DNA from: Chitinophagaceae bacterium
Lineage (GTDB): Bacteria > Bacteroidota > Bacteroidia > Chitinophagales > Chitinophagaceae
NCBI GenBank assembly: GCA_003168265.1
Contig: PMSV01000007.1
Span: 8,429-72,428, forward strand
DNA: 64,000 nucleotides
Reading direction: 5' to 3'
The notes beneath the pieces were generated by a model, which saw only the letters and a list, made by a program, of their open reading frames with translations, was not told the origin of the DNA and made no database searches. Position 1 is the stretch's first letter; each line of letters begins with the position of its first letter. The position numbers and the translations under genes are program-made. This document shows, piece by piece, positions 30,596 through 40,464 of this stretch.

Positions 30596-31288
30596 TTAAG
30601 GCACATGAATGTATTTGTGGAGCTGTAATGAAAACCTCCACTTTGGATTCGCCTTAATATAGTCGATGATCAGAGGAGTCATTTGTGCCGATTTGCTCCA
30701 TTCAGGTTGAAGAAACAATTTGCAAGGAGCTGAAACATGAGCAGCATTTTCTTCGGCCCAGGCAAAATCAGTTTTATTATAAACGACCACTTTTAGTTCA
30801 TTCGCCGCTTCAAAAATTTCCTGCAAGGGCTTTTTGAATTTTTTTGGAGAAAAACAAACCCAATCCCATTGTCCGCTCAAAGGATGGGTCCCGGAAGTCT
30901 CGATATGAGTTCTAAATCCTGCAGATTTCAAAGACATGGTGAGTTCGCCGCAATGATGCATTAGCGGTTCTCCACCGGTAACTACTGCGATTTGCTCCCT
31001 TAATTCCCTCCCTTCACTTTTCGGATCACCCATGCCGCCAATCTTCCCCTCCCGCCCAGATTCCCGGATAGCCTGTTTCAAAATCTCTGAAACCGTGAGT
31101 ACAGGATGATGGTCCCCATCCCAACTTTCCTTTACATCGCACCATGTACAGCCTACATCGCAGCCCCCAAGTCTGATAAAAAAAGCTGCCCTTCCGCTGT
31201 GATACCCTTCTCCCTGCAGGGTAAAAAAACTTTCCACAACGGGGAGGCCCGCTTTGTTTTGACCAGTGATCATTTCCATAGACCGCAA
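30596..31288 (-). CDS. queE: 7-carboxy-7-deazaguanine synthase (radical SAM)
   Basis: F.TLQGEG, CDVGCTWCD cluster motif, VTGGEP, IETSG and SLQLHK motifs. Confidence 0.93.
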   Translation of the reverse strand: MRSMEMITGQNKAGLPVVESFFTLQGEGYHSGRAAFFIRLGGCDVGCTWCDVKESWDGDHHPVLTVSEILKQAIRESGREGKIGGMGDPKSEGRELREQIAVVTGGEPLMHHCGELTMSLKSAGFRTHIETSGTHPLSGQWDWVCFSPKKFKKPLQEIFEAANELKVVVYNKTDFAWAEENAAHVSAPCKLFLQPEWSKSAQMTPLIIDYIKANPKWRFSLQLHKYIHVP

Positions 31289-31416
31289 ATTTCCTTATTT
31301 TTTGGCTAACCAGGACAGGTGAATTAATTTGGTAAACCCGGTGAGCAAGATTACGGGAGCCTTTCCCTCTGTCTTCATTTTGGGAATCCGTATTTTTATC
31401 TCTGAATCAATTTACT

Positions 31417-32142
31417 ATGACCATGAAGGCCATGATATTTGCAGCCGGGCTCGGAACCCGGTTTAAACCCTGGACAGATCAGCACCCCAAGGCCCTTGTT
31501 CCTATCAATGGAAAACCCCTTCTCCAAAGAAATGTGGAATACCTTAAACGTTATGGGATCACCCAACTTATCGTCAATGTTCACCATTTTGCCGGTCAGG
31601 TATTGGAAGCCATAGAAGAAAACAAAGGATGGGGCAGTCAGATCATGATCAGTGATGAAACTACCGGACTCCTGGAAACCGGGGGAGCCCTTGTTAAAGC
31701 CTCCTGGTACCTGGACAGTAATCCTTTTGCGGTGATCAATGCCGATATATTAACCGACCTCTCCCTGGACCTGATGATCCGACAGCACCTTCAACTCAAA
31801 CCCCTGGCCACCCTAGCCGTCACTTCACGCCCAAGTTCCAGGTGCTTTCTATTCAATGAACAAAATCAGCTCTGCGGTTGGAAAAATAAATCGAAGGGGG
31901 AAGAAAGGATCAGCCGCAAGGATCAGGAAACACTAGTAGAAAAGTCGTTCAGCGGAGTGCACCTCATAGATCCGAGGATCTTTGACCTCATCCTGCAAAG
32001 AGGAAAATTCTCTATTGTCGAAACCTATCTGGAACTTTCTGCTGCGGAACCCATACATTCTTTCGATCACAGCGGCTCTTTATTTATAGATGTGGGTAAA
32101 CCAGAAGCCATTGCCGAAGCAGAAGGATTATTCAAATATTAA
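31417..32142 (+). CDS. Sugar-phosphate nucleotidyltransferase (MurU-like)
   Basis: AMIFAAGLGTRFKP.T...PKAL, LLETGG and DVGKPE motifs. Confidence 0.88.
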   Translation: MTMKAMIFAAGLGTRFKPWTDQHPKALVPINGKPLLQRNVEYLKRYGITQLIVNVHHFAGQVLEAIEENKGWGSQIMISDETTGLLETGGALVKASWYLDSNPFAVINADILTDLSLDLMIRQHLQLKPLATLAVTSRPSSRCFLFNEQNQLCGWKNKSKGEERISRKDQETLVEKSFSGVHLIDPRIFDLILQRGKFSIVETYLELSAAEPIHSFDHSGSLFIDVGKPEAIAEAEGLFKY

Positions 32143-32165
32143 TTTTCCCCGACCGGTCCATTGAA

Positions 32166-34640
32166 ATGAAATTCCACGGAATTTTGCAGATTATGATCAG
32201 GCCGATAATAAAAGTGATTCCTTTCCTCCTGCTATTTTATGAAACTATCCTCAATGCGCAAAAGCTTCCTGGTCCTGAACCCAAAACCGAGCGCGTATTA
32301 CTTCCCAATGGATGGTCACTCAGTCCGATAGGCAAACAATTGCTCCTGGGTGACCTTCCACTCAATATAGCGGTCAGCAATTCTAAAAAACTCCTGGCCA
32401 TCACCAACAATGGAGAAAGTACACAGTCCCTGCAGCTTTTTGATCCCGGGAAAGAACACAGGCTGGATAGCGTCGATATCCCCAAATCCTGGCTGGGCCT
32501 GAAGTTCAGCGCCGACGAAAAATTCCTGTATGCTTCCGGCGGCAATGACAACAGGATCCTGGTATATGCCATAGTCGTAGGCAAATTGATTCTCCGGGAT
32601 AGCATTCTGCTGGGAGAAAAATGGCCTGTAAAAATATCTCCTGCAGGCATTGAGCTCGATGATCGGAGGCAAATCCTTTATGTGGTTACAAAAGAAAATA
32701 ATTCCCTCTATCTGGTCGATCTCAAAACAAAAAAGATCATCGGCCAATACCCGTTGCCGGCTGAAGCCTATACCTGTCTGCTTTCCCGCAATGGTGAAGA
32801 GCTCTATATCTCCGGTTGGGGCTGCTCCCAATTGCTGATATTCAATACGGAAAAGAAGACTTTTTCAGAGCCTGTTACCGTTGGCAGTAATCCCAATGAC
32901 ATGGTCCTGACCCGCAATGGTCGCCGTATCTATATTGCGAATTCAAATGACAACTCTGTCTCTGTTATCGATCTGCAAAAAAGAAAATCAATAGAAACGC
33001 TGAATGCAGCTTTATATCCCAATGCACCGGCCGGCTCGACTACTAATGGCGTGGCCCTAAGCGAAAATGAAAGAAATCTCTATGTGGCTAATGCGGACAA
33101 CAATTGTCTCGCCGTTTTCGATGTTAGTCAACCAGGCAACAGTCATTCCAGGGGGTTCATCCCGGTAGGCTGGTATCCGACCGCTGTAAAATGTATTAAT
33201 GGAAGGGTCTTCGTAGCAAATGGCAAGGGACTCAGCTCCCTTCCCAATCCTCAGGGTCCCAGCCCCTATCGGCCCCGGCAACAAGTCAATTACCGCAAGG
33301 GAGATAAAAGAAAACCAGCCAAGGTTCAATATATCGGCGGGCTATTTCGTGGAACCTTAAGCATTTTCCCGGAACCAAATGACCAGGACCTGGCTCGCTT
33401 TTCCAGGATGGTCTATGAGAACTGTCCCTACACAAAGGAAAAGGAACAAAAATCCGATGGTCAGCCGGGAAACCCCATACCCATGCAAGTGGGCGCTCCA
33501 TCACCCATTCAATACGTGTTCTATATCGTCAAAGAAAACAGAACCTATGACCAGGTACTTGGAGATATTCCCGAAGGCAATGGTGATACCAGCCTCGTAT
33601 TATTTGGAGAACATGTTACACCCAACCTTCATGCCCTTGCCACGGAATTTGTACTGCTGGATAATTTCTATTGCGATGCGGAAGTCAGCGCAGATGGACA
33701 TAATTGGAGTTTAGGAGCCTATGCGGACGATTACCTGGAAAAAACATGGCCTACCAGTTATGGAGGCCGGGGCGGCTCCTATGACGGAGAGGGCAATAGG
33801 TCAATCGCCAACAATAAAAATGGATTTATCTGGGACTATTGCAGCCGGGCAGGTGTCAGTTACAGATCCTATGGTGAATTCGCAGACGATTACAAACCCA
33901 ATATACCGGTTCTTAAAAACCACATCTGTCCCTATTATACTGGCTTTGATCTCAGAGTCCCTGATACAACGCGATATCAGCAATGGAAAAGAGATTTCGA
34001 TTCCCTGATCAAAGCCAATGCCTTACCGCGATTCAACACCGTCCGTTTCGGCAATGACCATACCGAAGGGCTTCGCAAAGGAAGTCCTACGCCCTTTGCA
34101 CATGTGGCGGACAATGATCTTGCCGTAGGGAAATTTGTCGAATGGCTGAGCCATAGCCCGATCTGGGAAAAAAGTGTTGTCTTTATCATCGAAGACGATG
34201 CCCAAAATGGTCCCGATCACGTAGATGCACACCGTACGACCGCCTATGTTGCCGGAGGCTATGTAAAGCGGCATTTTATAGATCACACCCTCTATTCCAC
34301 CACCTCCATGGAACGCACAATGGAGCTGATATTGGGTCTGCCGCCAATGAGCCAGTACGATGCCGCCGCCACTCCAATGTGGAATTGTTTTGGAGAAAAT
34401 CCGGATCCAGCTCCTTTCAGGTCAAGCCCTTCAAACATTGACCTGTTGGAAAAAAACACAGCATGGAACGAATGGGTCAAAAAATCCGATCATCTTGATT
34501 TCACCCGGGAAGACAGGGTACCGGAAGCGCTATTCAATGAAATTTTATGGAAAGGGGTCCGTGGACCCGGGTCCGAAGTCCCGGCTCCACGGAGAGCAGC
34601 CTTCGTAAGATCTAATCCCCAGAAACAGGACCTGGATTAA
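32166..34640 (+). CDS. YncE-like beta-propeller fused to alkaline-phosphatase-superfamily domain
   Basis: YVTN-type repeats (VGSNP...IYIANSNDNSVSVID); C-terminal KENRTYDQVLGD and EDDAQNGPDHVDAHR motifs. Confidence 0.85.
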   Translation: MKFHGILQIMIRPIIKVIPFLLLFYETILNAQKLPGPEPKTERVLLPNGWSLSPIGKQLLLGDLPLNIAVSNSKKLLAITNNGESTQSLQLFDPGKEHRLDSVDIPKSWLGLKFSADEKFLYASGGNDNRILVYAIVVGKLILRDSILLGEKWPVKISPAGIELDDRRQILYVVTKENNSLYLVDLKTKKIIGQYPLPAEAYTCLLSRNGEELYISGWGCSQLLIFNTEKKTFSEPVTVGSNPNDMVLTRNGRRIYIANSNDNSVSVIDLQKRKSIETLNAALYPNAPAGSTTNGVALSENERNLYVANADNNCLAVFDVSQPGNSHSRGFIPVGWYPTAVKCINGRVFVANGKGLSSLPNPQGPSPYRPRQQVNYRKGDKRKPAKVQYIGGLFRGTLSIFPEPNDQDLARFSRMVYENCPYTKEKEQKSDGQPGNPIPMQVGAPSPIQYVFYIVKENRTYDQVLGDIPEGNGDTSLVLFGEHVTPNLHALATEFVLLDNFYCDAEVSADGHNWSLGAYADDYLEKTWPTSYGGRGGSYDGEGNRSIANNKNGFIWDYCSRAGVSYRSYGEFADDYKPNIPVLKNHICPYYTGFDLRVPDTTRYQQWKRDFDSLIKANALPRFNTVRFGNDHTEGLRKGSPTPFAHVADNDLAVGKFVEWLSHSPIWEKSVVFIIEDDAQNGPDHVDAHRTTAYVAGGYVKRHFIDHTLYSTTSMERTMELILGLPPMSQYDAAATPMWNCFGENPDPAPFRSSPSNIDLLEKNTAWNEWVKKSDHLDFTREDRVPEALFNEILWKGVRGPGSEVPAPRRAAFVRSNPQKQDLD

Positions 34641-34678
34641 GACGACTGACTCGGTAAAAGGAATTCAATAGAATAGTA

Positions 34679-34704
34679 AAACCCCGGCTTTCGCCGGGGC
34701 TTCT
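34679..34704. terminator. Bidirectional terminator
   Basis: CCCCGGC-tttc-GCCGGGG between convergent genes. Confidence 0.8.
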
Positions 34705-34730
34705 TCGATTTTCAGGAATCAGATCAACTT

Positions 34731-35063
34731 CTACCTTCTCCATCCTCTGCCTTCATGACCCCTGAAATTTTCCCTCCTATAACCATAGGACCTGACTGGA
34801 AATTTATTGTATCCATAACCATATCCATATCCATATGCTGGGCCAGTTACCACTACACCGGGGGCATAGCCCCCATAATATGCCTGTGGATAGGTTTGCT
34901 GATAAACTATCGGAGGAGCAGGAGCATAAATCCTCACATGAGGGATAGGAGGTAAAGGCAAGCGAATATCGCCACGAAAACGCACCTGAGAATAAGCAGA
35001 ACTTGCAAAGAGTGTTCCAACTGCAAACAGTAATAAGGGTAATAGACGTTTCATAAATTTCAA
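34731..35063 (-). CDS. Small secreted Pro/Tyr/Gly-rich protein
   Basis: Signal peptide ending AYS-Q, then a Pro-rich segment, GYGYGYGY and an Arg-rich tail. Confidence 0.7.
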   Translation of the reverse strand: MKFMKRLLPLLLFAVGTLFASSAYSQVRFRGDIRLPLPPIPHVRIYAPAPPIVYQQTYPQAYYGGYAPGVVVTGPAYGYGYGYGYNKFPVRSYGYRRENFRGHEGRGWRR

Positions 35064-35400
35064 TTTTAAGTGATTTAATCTCAGAGCTTTTTATCATCGC
35101 TCTTTGTATATTAGAACCCTTAGGGTTTAAATAATTTAATCCGTCATAGCCAAGTTTTTGTTAATAGAAAGCGGCTCTGAATATTAAAAACCAGGGGGGA
35201 ATCGATTAGAAAGTGAAGTGAAGTGATATAAAAAAACAAGGGGCCAGGATAAAAATCCAGCCCCGTTTTTAAAATCCAATATCCTATGAAAAACCGATGT
35301 AAAAATAATGAAACAATTCTATTTACCAACACTTCGTCATTTATATTTTGAACTTTCTTTAATGCGCGGGGAATCAGCGTTTTTTGCATGGAATTGGCTA

Positions 35401-35430
35401 GAAAAGAAAAAGGCGCCGGATTCGGCGCCT
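35401..35430 (-). terminator. Terminator of the gld operon
   Basis: AGGCGCCG-gatt-CGGCGCCT followed on the minus strand by TTTTCTTTT. Confidence 0.8.
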
Positions 35431-35453
35431 GATAAAAAATCTTTCGTTTTTTA

Positions 35454-36485
35454 TTAATAGGACCAAAGGTCCTGTTCGTAGTTGAATATCTTTTCTTTCA
35501 CCTTATCACCTTCCAACAATTCCAGGATGGGGTCCTTGATATATTCCATGATCTGTTTATCTCCAGGATTATCAATTGTGGATTTAATGACGCGGCTCGA
35601 AAACATCCGGCTTTCAAACAATTCTTCCCAGCTCATGCGTGCACCATAATTCTTTCCGTTATAAGCTTCGTATTTAGCCAGCATGGGACGAAGATCCGGA
35701 TAATATACCCAGAAAATGGGAGTGACGGCACGGAAAGATCCATCTGAATTTGTGATCGTTTTCAGTGGAGCGATCCCGAGAATCCTGGAATAAAGACGGG
35801 AAGTTTGTTTGTCAAATACCCATTCTTCCTTGATCCAGTAACGTTCTACGGACTCCTGATCAAATTCCTGAACGATCGTTGTATCTTTCATGATGCCCTT
35901 GGAACCATCGGGGTCCTTATTAAAATCTGGAATTTGTCTGGTTACAGGCTTACCGACTATGGATTCTGCGATCTGCCTAAAAGTCATCGGGGTAGTAAAT
36001 CGGTCATCCATATTGGCATCAAAAGCAGTGATTTCCCCGCTTTTGATCGCGTTCAGCAATATACTGATGAACCGCTGGTTGCCATTGTCCTCAGTCGCCG
36101 CATATGCAAAAGGAAGGTTCATTTTTTCATGTACGTTTATTTCTCTCCAAACACGTTGACGGTAAACAGCATCATCTTCCCGAATATGCTCGTAAGCCAG
36201 CGGGGTGCGGTCTTTGATCAGAAGACGTTCAACTGCTGCATCGTTTCGCAATGACTTGCGGGGAGTATCCAGCTTGATATCCGCCTCCACAACAGTAGCC
36301 GGTTTGGCCGTGGTGTCTTTAGGGGTCACAGCCTGGGTATTTGCACTGCTTTTGGCCGTAGTGGTCTTTTTTGTTGTCCTTTTCTTCTTCGTACGCTGAG
36401 GAGTAGTCGTCTGCGCATCCACGTTACCGAAGACCAGCCCCGCCACTACTGCCAACAGGCCCAATTTTACGATACAGTTTTTCAT
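35454..36485 (-). CDS. gldN: Gliding motility/T9SS protein GldN
   Basis: REDDAVY..RVWREI, KEEWVFDKQTS..Y.RILGIAP and FWVYYP motifs; operon position. Confidence 0.93.
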   Translation of the reverse strand: MKNCIVKLGLLAVVAGLVFGNVDAQTTTPQRTKKKRTTKKTTTAKSSANTQAVTPKDTTAKPATVVEADIKLDTPRKSLRNDAAVERLLIKDRTPLAYEHIREDDAVYRQRVWREINVHEKMNLPFAYAATEDNGNQRFISILLNAIKSGEITAFDANMDDRFTTPMTFRQIAESIVGKPVTRQIPDFNKDPDGSKGIMKDTTIVQEFDQESVERYWIKEEWVFDKQTSRLYSRILGIAPLKTITNSDGSFRAVTPIFWVYYPDLRPMLAKYEAYNGKNYGARMSWEELFESRMFSSRVIKSTIDNPGDKQIMEYIKDPILELLEGDKVKEKIFNYEQDLWSY

Positions 36486-36507
36486 TAGAGAAAAATTTAA
36501 AATATTA

Positions 36508-38040
36508 TTATTTCAGGCTAAAATAAGTAGAGGGGATCTGCCTATGTCTTCCATCAGGTCCAACCACATTGATCTCATCAAAATATACCTGTGTACCGGG
36601 AGTAGCCTTATTGATGAGGTCGGCAGCCTGACCCGTCCACCTGTTTCCTTCATTCGTTGCTTGTTTGTATTGTCCTCCATAAGCTCCTCCAATTACGCCC
36701 ACTTTATAACTTAAAACTTTAAAAGGCGCTTCAAATTCGCAATTGACCAGTTTGGCGATCAGGCCACTCATGACCTTGAAATCGGCAGAGGGCATGGAAC
36801 CACTTTGTTTGAGACCGATAAATGCAGCCGGATCGGGCAAATATTTTACCCGGAATTTCTTACCCGTCGTCTTGCCATCAATGGTAACATTGATGGTTTG
36901 TTCTCCTGGCGTCTTCGGATAGGCTTCAAAAGAAGATCCGGAAACACGTTTGATTATGCCGCCGTCAGATAAGGTGGCATTGATTTTTTCACTTCCTGAA
37001 CCACCGGATATCGTAATGGGGTTCGGTTGTTCGCCCATAATATAAAGCACATTCATCTTATCTGCAGAAACAGCTACACCCGAAGGAGTACCCACCGTAT
37101 AACTGAAGGTTTCAGTTTTGGTTTGATCCTTTCCATCCTGATCCTTATAGGTCACATTGATGGAAACCCTTTGCTGACCGCTGCCCCCGGCAGTCAGGTC
37201 AAATTGTGCTTTTCCTTCTTCGTCAACTTCCTTTGACTGTCCGTTGAAACTGATCTTCGGATGTGCCTGGGAACTGAATGCTCCTACGCCGGCATAGATG
37301 GACAATTTATCACCGGGCATAACGTAGGAAGCGGTACCACCGAAAATGACCCCTGTTTTATCATAGCGGATTTTCACAGCACCGATCTGGTCCGCGCAAT
37401 AAGTGAGTACGTCGTTTTCAGTATTTTTTACATCATTCTGGAATTTACCCAGGATGGTCAAAGCTGCGATAGCCGGGGTCATATGGAAATAGGCATCGGT
37501 CCAGCTCAGTTTTTCCGAGTTGCCTTCTTCTGATTTGGGTTTATCGATATTCATGGGGAGCTTAGCGGCAAATTCCCTGGAAATGGAAGTGTCCGCGCCT
37601 AGAATTGCTTTTCTATAAGCTTCTAATTTCTGATGCAGTTCTTCCCCTTTTCCCATATTGCCCATAAGCCGGATAGCTGCATCCAGATCGTCAATTTTAT
37701 AGGAACCATTTTCAGGATTGAAATGGGCCTGGTGGATCAACTGGGTTTTCAGGTCTTCAATATAATCATAGGTTTCCTTTGAAAGATTGGTCACATTGTC
37801 GGCAATCGGTTTCCATAGTTCCGCTTTCAGTTTGGTACCAGGATCGGCCAACTTGGCATTTATATCTGCCACGATTCCGACGTTCTCCGTTTCCAGTGTT
37901 TCGTTGGATTTTTTTATGCTGCTGTTTACAACTTTAAAGGCGTTCAAAATCTCGGCAGATACATTCAGGGCCAACATTGCGGTCAGCACCAAATACATCA
38001 TGTTTATCATCTTTTGCCGAGGCTCTTTTGGTAAAGACAT
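36508..38040 (-). CDS. gldM: Gliding motility/T9SS motor protein GldM
   Basis: PRQKMINMMYLVLTAMLALNVSAEIL N-terminus; ADKMNVLY motif. Confidence 0.96.
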   Translation of the reverse strand: MSLPKEPRQKMINMMYLVLTAMLALNVSAEILNAFKVVNSSIKKSNETLETENVGIVADINAKLADPGTKLKAELWKPIADNVTNLSKETYDYIEDLKTQLIHQAHFNPENGSYKIDDLDAAIRLMGNMGKGEELHQKLEAYRKAILGADTSISREFAAKLPMNIDKPKSEEGNSEKLSWTDAYFHMTPAIAALTILGKFQNDVKNTENDVLTYCADQIGAVKIRYDKTGVIFGGTASYVMPGDKLSIYAGVGAFSSQAHPKISFNGQSKEVDEEGKAQFDLTAGGSGQQRVSINVTYKDQDGKDQTKTETFSYTVGTPSGVAVSADKMNVLYIMGEQPNPITISGGSGSEKINATLSDGGIIKRVSGSSFEAYPKTPGEQTINVTIDGKTTGKKFRVKYLPDPAAFIGLKQSGSMPSADFKVMSGLIAKLVNCEFEAPFKVLSYKVGVIGGAYGGQYKQATNEGNRWTGQAADLINKATPGTQVYFDEINVVGPDGRHRQIPSTYFSLK

Positions 38041-38093
38041 GGATCAGTAATTTATGGTATTAATAATGGGTCATCATAGTTGCAACGGCCGGG

Positions 38094-38855
38094 TTATCTG
38101 CCTTGCATTGCGCTTAGCATATTTCCATATACCTGGTTCAGGTTACCCAGGTTCTTGGCCAACTGAGCGATTTGTTCCTTTGTTTTCTGAGCGTCGGCTA
38201 CACTTCCCTGCATGGTTTCAGAAGCCTGTACCAGGTTGCCATAGAAGGCGTTCATAGCTTTCAGGTGGTTATTCGTATCCTGAAGTTCCAATTCATAGAT
38301 AGCATTCAGAGAACCCAGATTCTTGGTCAGGGTCTGAACCTGCGTATGGAATTGTTTGGTGCTGTCCGCAGCGCTATTAAAATGGCCGATCGTAGCTGTA
38401 GCACTCTGATAAGCATTCTTCATGTTATCAAGGGCGGTTACGGCTTCTTTGGTCTTACTTGTATATTCAGAAGTGGCGGCAACTGCGCCGGATACATCGC
38501 TGATCTTATCTACGGTCGTACCGAATTTCTTAAAACCTTCGCTAAGACGGCCCAGATTGGCGGGAGTGATCTCGGCCTCCTGAAGCATCTTGTCGAATTT
38601 GTCCAGGGCAGGATTACCGGAAGTGCCTGCTAATTTGGGTAGAGCTTCGGCTATGGCATGCATTTCGGAACCCGGAGGGGGGAGGAATGCATAAACCATG
38701 AAGATCAGTGCTTCTGTGAGCAGACCGGCGGTCAGAAAGAAATCCGCCCATTTCTGGTGTGTAATCTTTTGCCAGGCACCAAAAATTACTACTGCCGCAC
38801 CAACGCAAACGATCACATTAACAAGTCTTTCGGTAGATTTAGAAACTCCAGCCAT
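38094..38855 (-). CDS. gldL: Gliding motility/T9SS motor protein GldL
   Basis: GAAVVIFGAW.KI.H...GLLTEA TM motif; C-terminal LNQVYGNMLSAM. Confidence 0.96.
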   Translation of the reverse strand: MAGVSKSTERLVNVIVCVGAAVVIFGAWQKITHQKWADFFLTAGLLTEALIFMVYAFLPPPGSEMHAIAEALPKLAGTSGNPALDKFDKMLQEAEITPANLGRLSEGFKKFGTTVDKISDVSGAVAATSEYTSKTKEAVTALDNMKNAYQSATATIGHFNSAADSTKQFHTQVQTLTKNLGSLNAIYELELQDTNNHLKAMNAFYGNLVQASETMQGSVADAQKTKEQIAQLAKNLGNLNQVYGNMLSAMQGR

Positions 38856-39007
38856 AATTTTAAGTTTTTTTTGTTTTTAATAGGTTTTCAGGGGGGTGAT
38901 CGGGGAAATAAAAAAGTTCGTCTTCGATTTTATTTGAAACGGTAAATCAAAAACGAACTTTCTGTAAAAAAATTTTATAGGCAATGAATTATTGGTTTAA
39001 TAGATCG

Positions 39008-40291
39008 TTAGTGCCGGCCCAGATTCGGTGAAAGATCCACAACACAGCGGAATCCGATATAGGACTTGGCCGTATCCTGGTATTCATAAGTGCGGGTACT
39101 GGTCTGGAGGAAATAGCCTACATCCTTCCAGCTACCGCCCCGAACCACCTTTCTCTTCATACGGGGAGGATCGGTTTTCTGGGCATTGTAACGAACATCC
39201 GGGTTCATGTCATGCATGAAATTATAAGCTCCTTCATAAAATACCGAAGAAGTCCATTCTGCCACATTTCCTGCCATGCAGTAAAGGCCGAAATCATTAG
39301 GCCAGTAAGCATCTGCACGGGCAGTGTAAAAAGCTCCGTCTTCAGGGTAATTTCCGCGACCAGGTTTGAAATTGGCAAGCAAACATCCTTTTTTGTTTCT
39401 CAGGTAATAATTGCCCCAGGGGAACATGGATTGTGAACGTCCGCCCCTTGCAGCATATTCCCATTCTGCTTCTGTCGGGAGACGGAAATTGGATTCCGTG
39501 GCTTTATGTTGCCTGTCAAGGGCCGCATTAAGGTATTGGGTCCGCCAGTCACAAAATGCCGTAGCCTGGTTCCAGTTAACACCCACCACCGGGTAGTTTC
39601 CAAAAGCGGGATGAGAGAAATAACGTTGAGTCATCGGTTCATTATAGGAATAGCTGAAATCACGGATCCAGACAAGCGTGTCGGGATAGGCCGGTACATC
39701 ATTCCTCACGATGAAGGCGGAACGGGGTTTGCCTTCATTGGATTTCTTAGCAGCTTCCTTCAGGTCGAAATTCTCAGAATGATAAATTATTTTACTGGGA
39801 TCAATTTCTTTTTTACCAAAAACCCTGTTTTCGGGGGTAAGTATCAACTGATCGATTTTTTCGACCGTTGTTTTATCGCCCCATTTGATCGTGGTTGCTT
39901 TTTTCCAGTCGATCTGGAATTTGCCGTCCACATCCTTACCGTATTGGAGCATGGTAGCTGCGATGGAATCTCTAACCCAGTACACAAACTGTCGGTATTC
40001 ATTGTTAGTGATTTCAGTTGCGTCCATCCAGAAACCGCTAATTGAAACTTCTCTGTTGCGTGCAGTAAACGCGTAGTTTACATCCTCATCGCTCGGGCCC
40101 ATGTGGAACATGCCTGGTGGAATATAGACCATGCCGGGCGGCTTGGTCATATTGTATTTACTTGAAGGAGCTACACCGTGAAGCTGTCCGTCATCGAAGC
40201 TTTTTGAGGATTTGCTCCCTTTGCCACATCCGGCAACCACAAACGTCAGGAGCGCAATGGCTGAGAGGAGGGTCAGGTTTTTCATTTTCAT
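39008..40291 (-). CDS. gldK: Gliding motility/T9SS lipoprotein GldK
   Basis: Lipobox VVAGC; FGE-sulfatase domain (RLPTEAEWEYAARGG, FGLYCMAGNVAEW, GFRCV); operon position. Confidence 0.95.
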   Translation of the reverse strand: MKMKNLTLLSAIALLTFVVAGCGKGSKSSKSFDDGQLHGVAPSSKYNMTKPPGMVYIPPGMFHMGPSDEDVNYAFTARNREVSISGFWMDATEITNNEYRQFVYWVRDSIAATMLQYGKDVDGKFQIDWKKATTIKWGDKTTVEKIDQLILTPENRVFGKKEIDPSKIIYHSENFDLKEAAKKSNEGKPRSAFIVRNDVPAYPDTLVWIRDFSYSYNEPMTQRYFSHPAFGNYPVVGVNWNQATAFCDWRTQYLNAALDRQHKATESNFRLPTEAEWEYAARGGRSQSMFPWGNYYLRNKKGCLLANFKPGRGNYPEDGAFYTARADAYWPNDFGLYCMAGNVAEWTSSVFYEGAYNFMHDMNPDVRYNAQKTDPPRMKRKVVRGGSWKDVGYFLQTSTRTYEYQDTAKSYIGFRCVVDLSPNLGRH

Positions 40292-40464
40292 ATTATTAAA
40301 GGGTATTCGGCAAAAAAAGGTTTTTCGCAACATCGAAATACAATTTTAAAATTATTTTTTTAAAAGTCAAAGCTTTCCTACCAGTAAATCTGAAAACGAA
40401 CGCTATTGGCATATTATTGCTTATCTGAATATTATTCTATTAAAACTCATACAGCAATAAAATC

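Noticed and set aside
35100-35400. 81-aa ORF or sRNA in the gap after gldN, with an imperfect hairpin near 35232-35268
   Set aside because: The ORF lies beyond the gld terminator and has no motifs; a single hairpin is not enough to call an RNA.
38900-38965. AAAGTTCGT...ACGAACTTT inverted repeat between gldK and gldL
   Set aside because: Probably an mRNA-stability or partial-termination hairpin; no further evidence.
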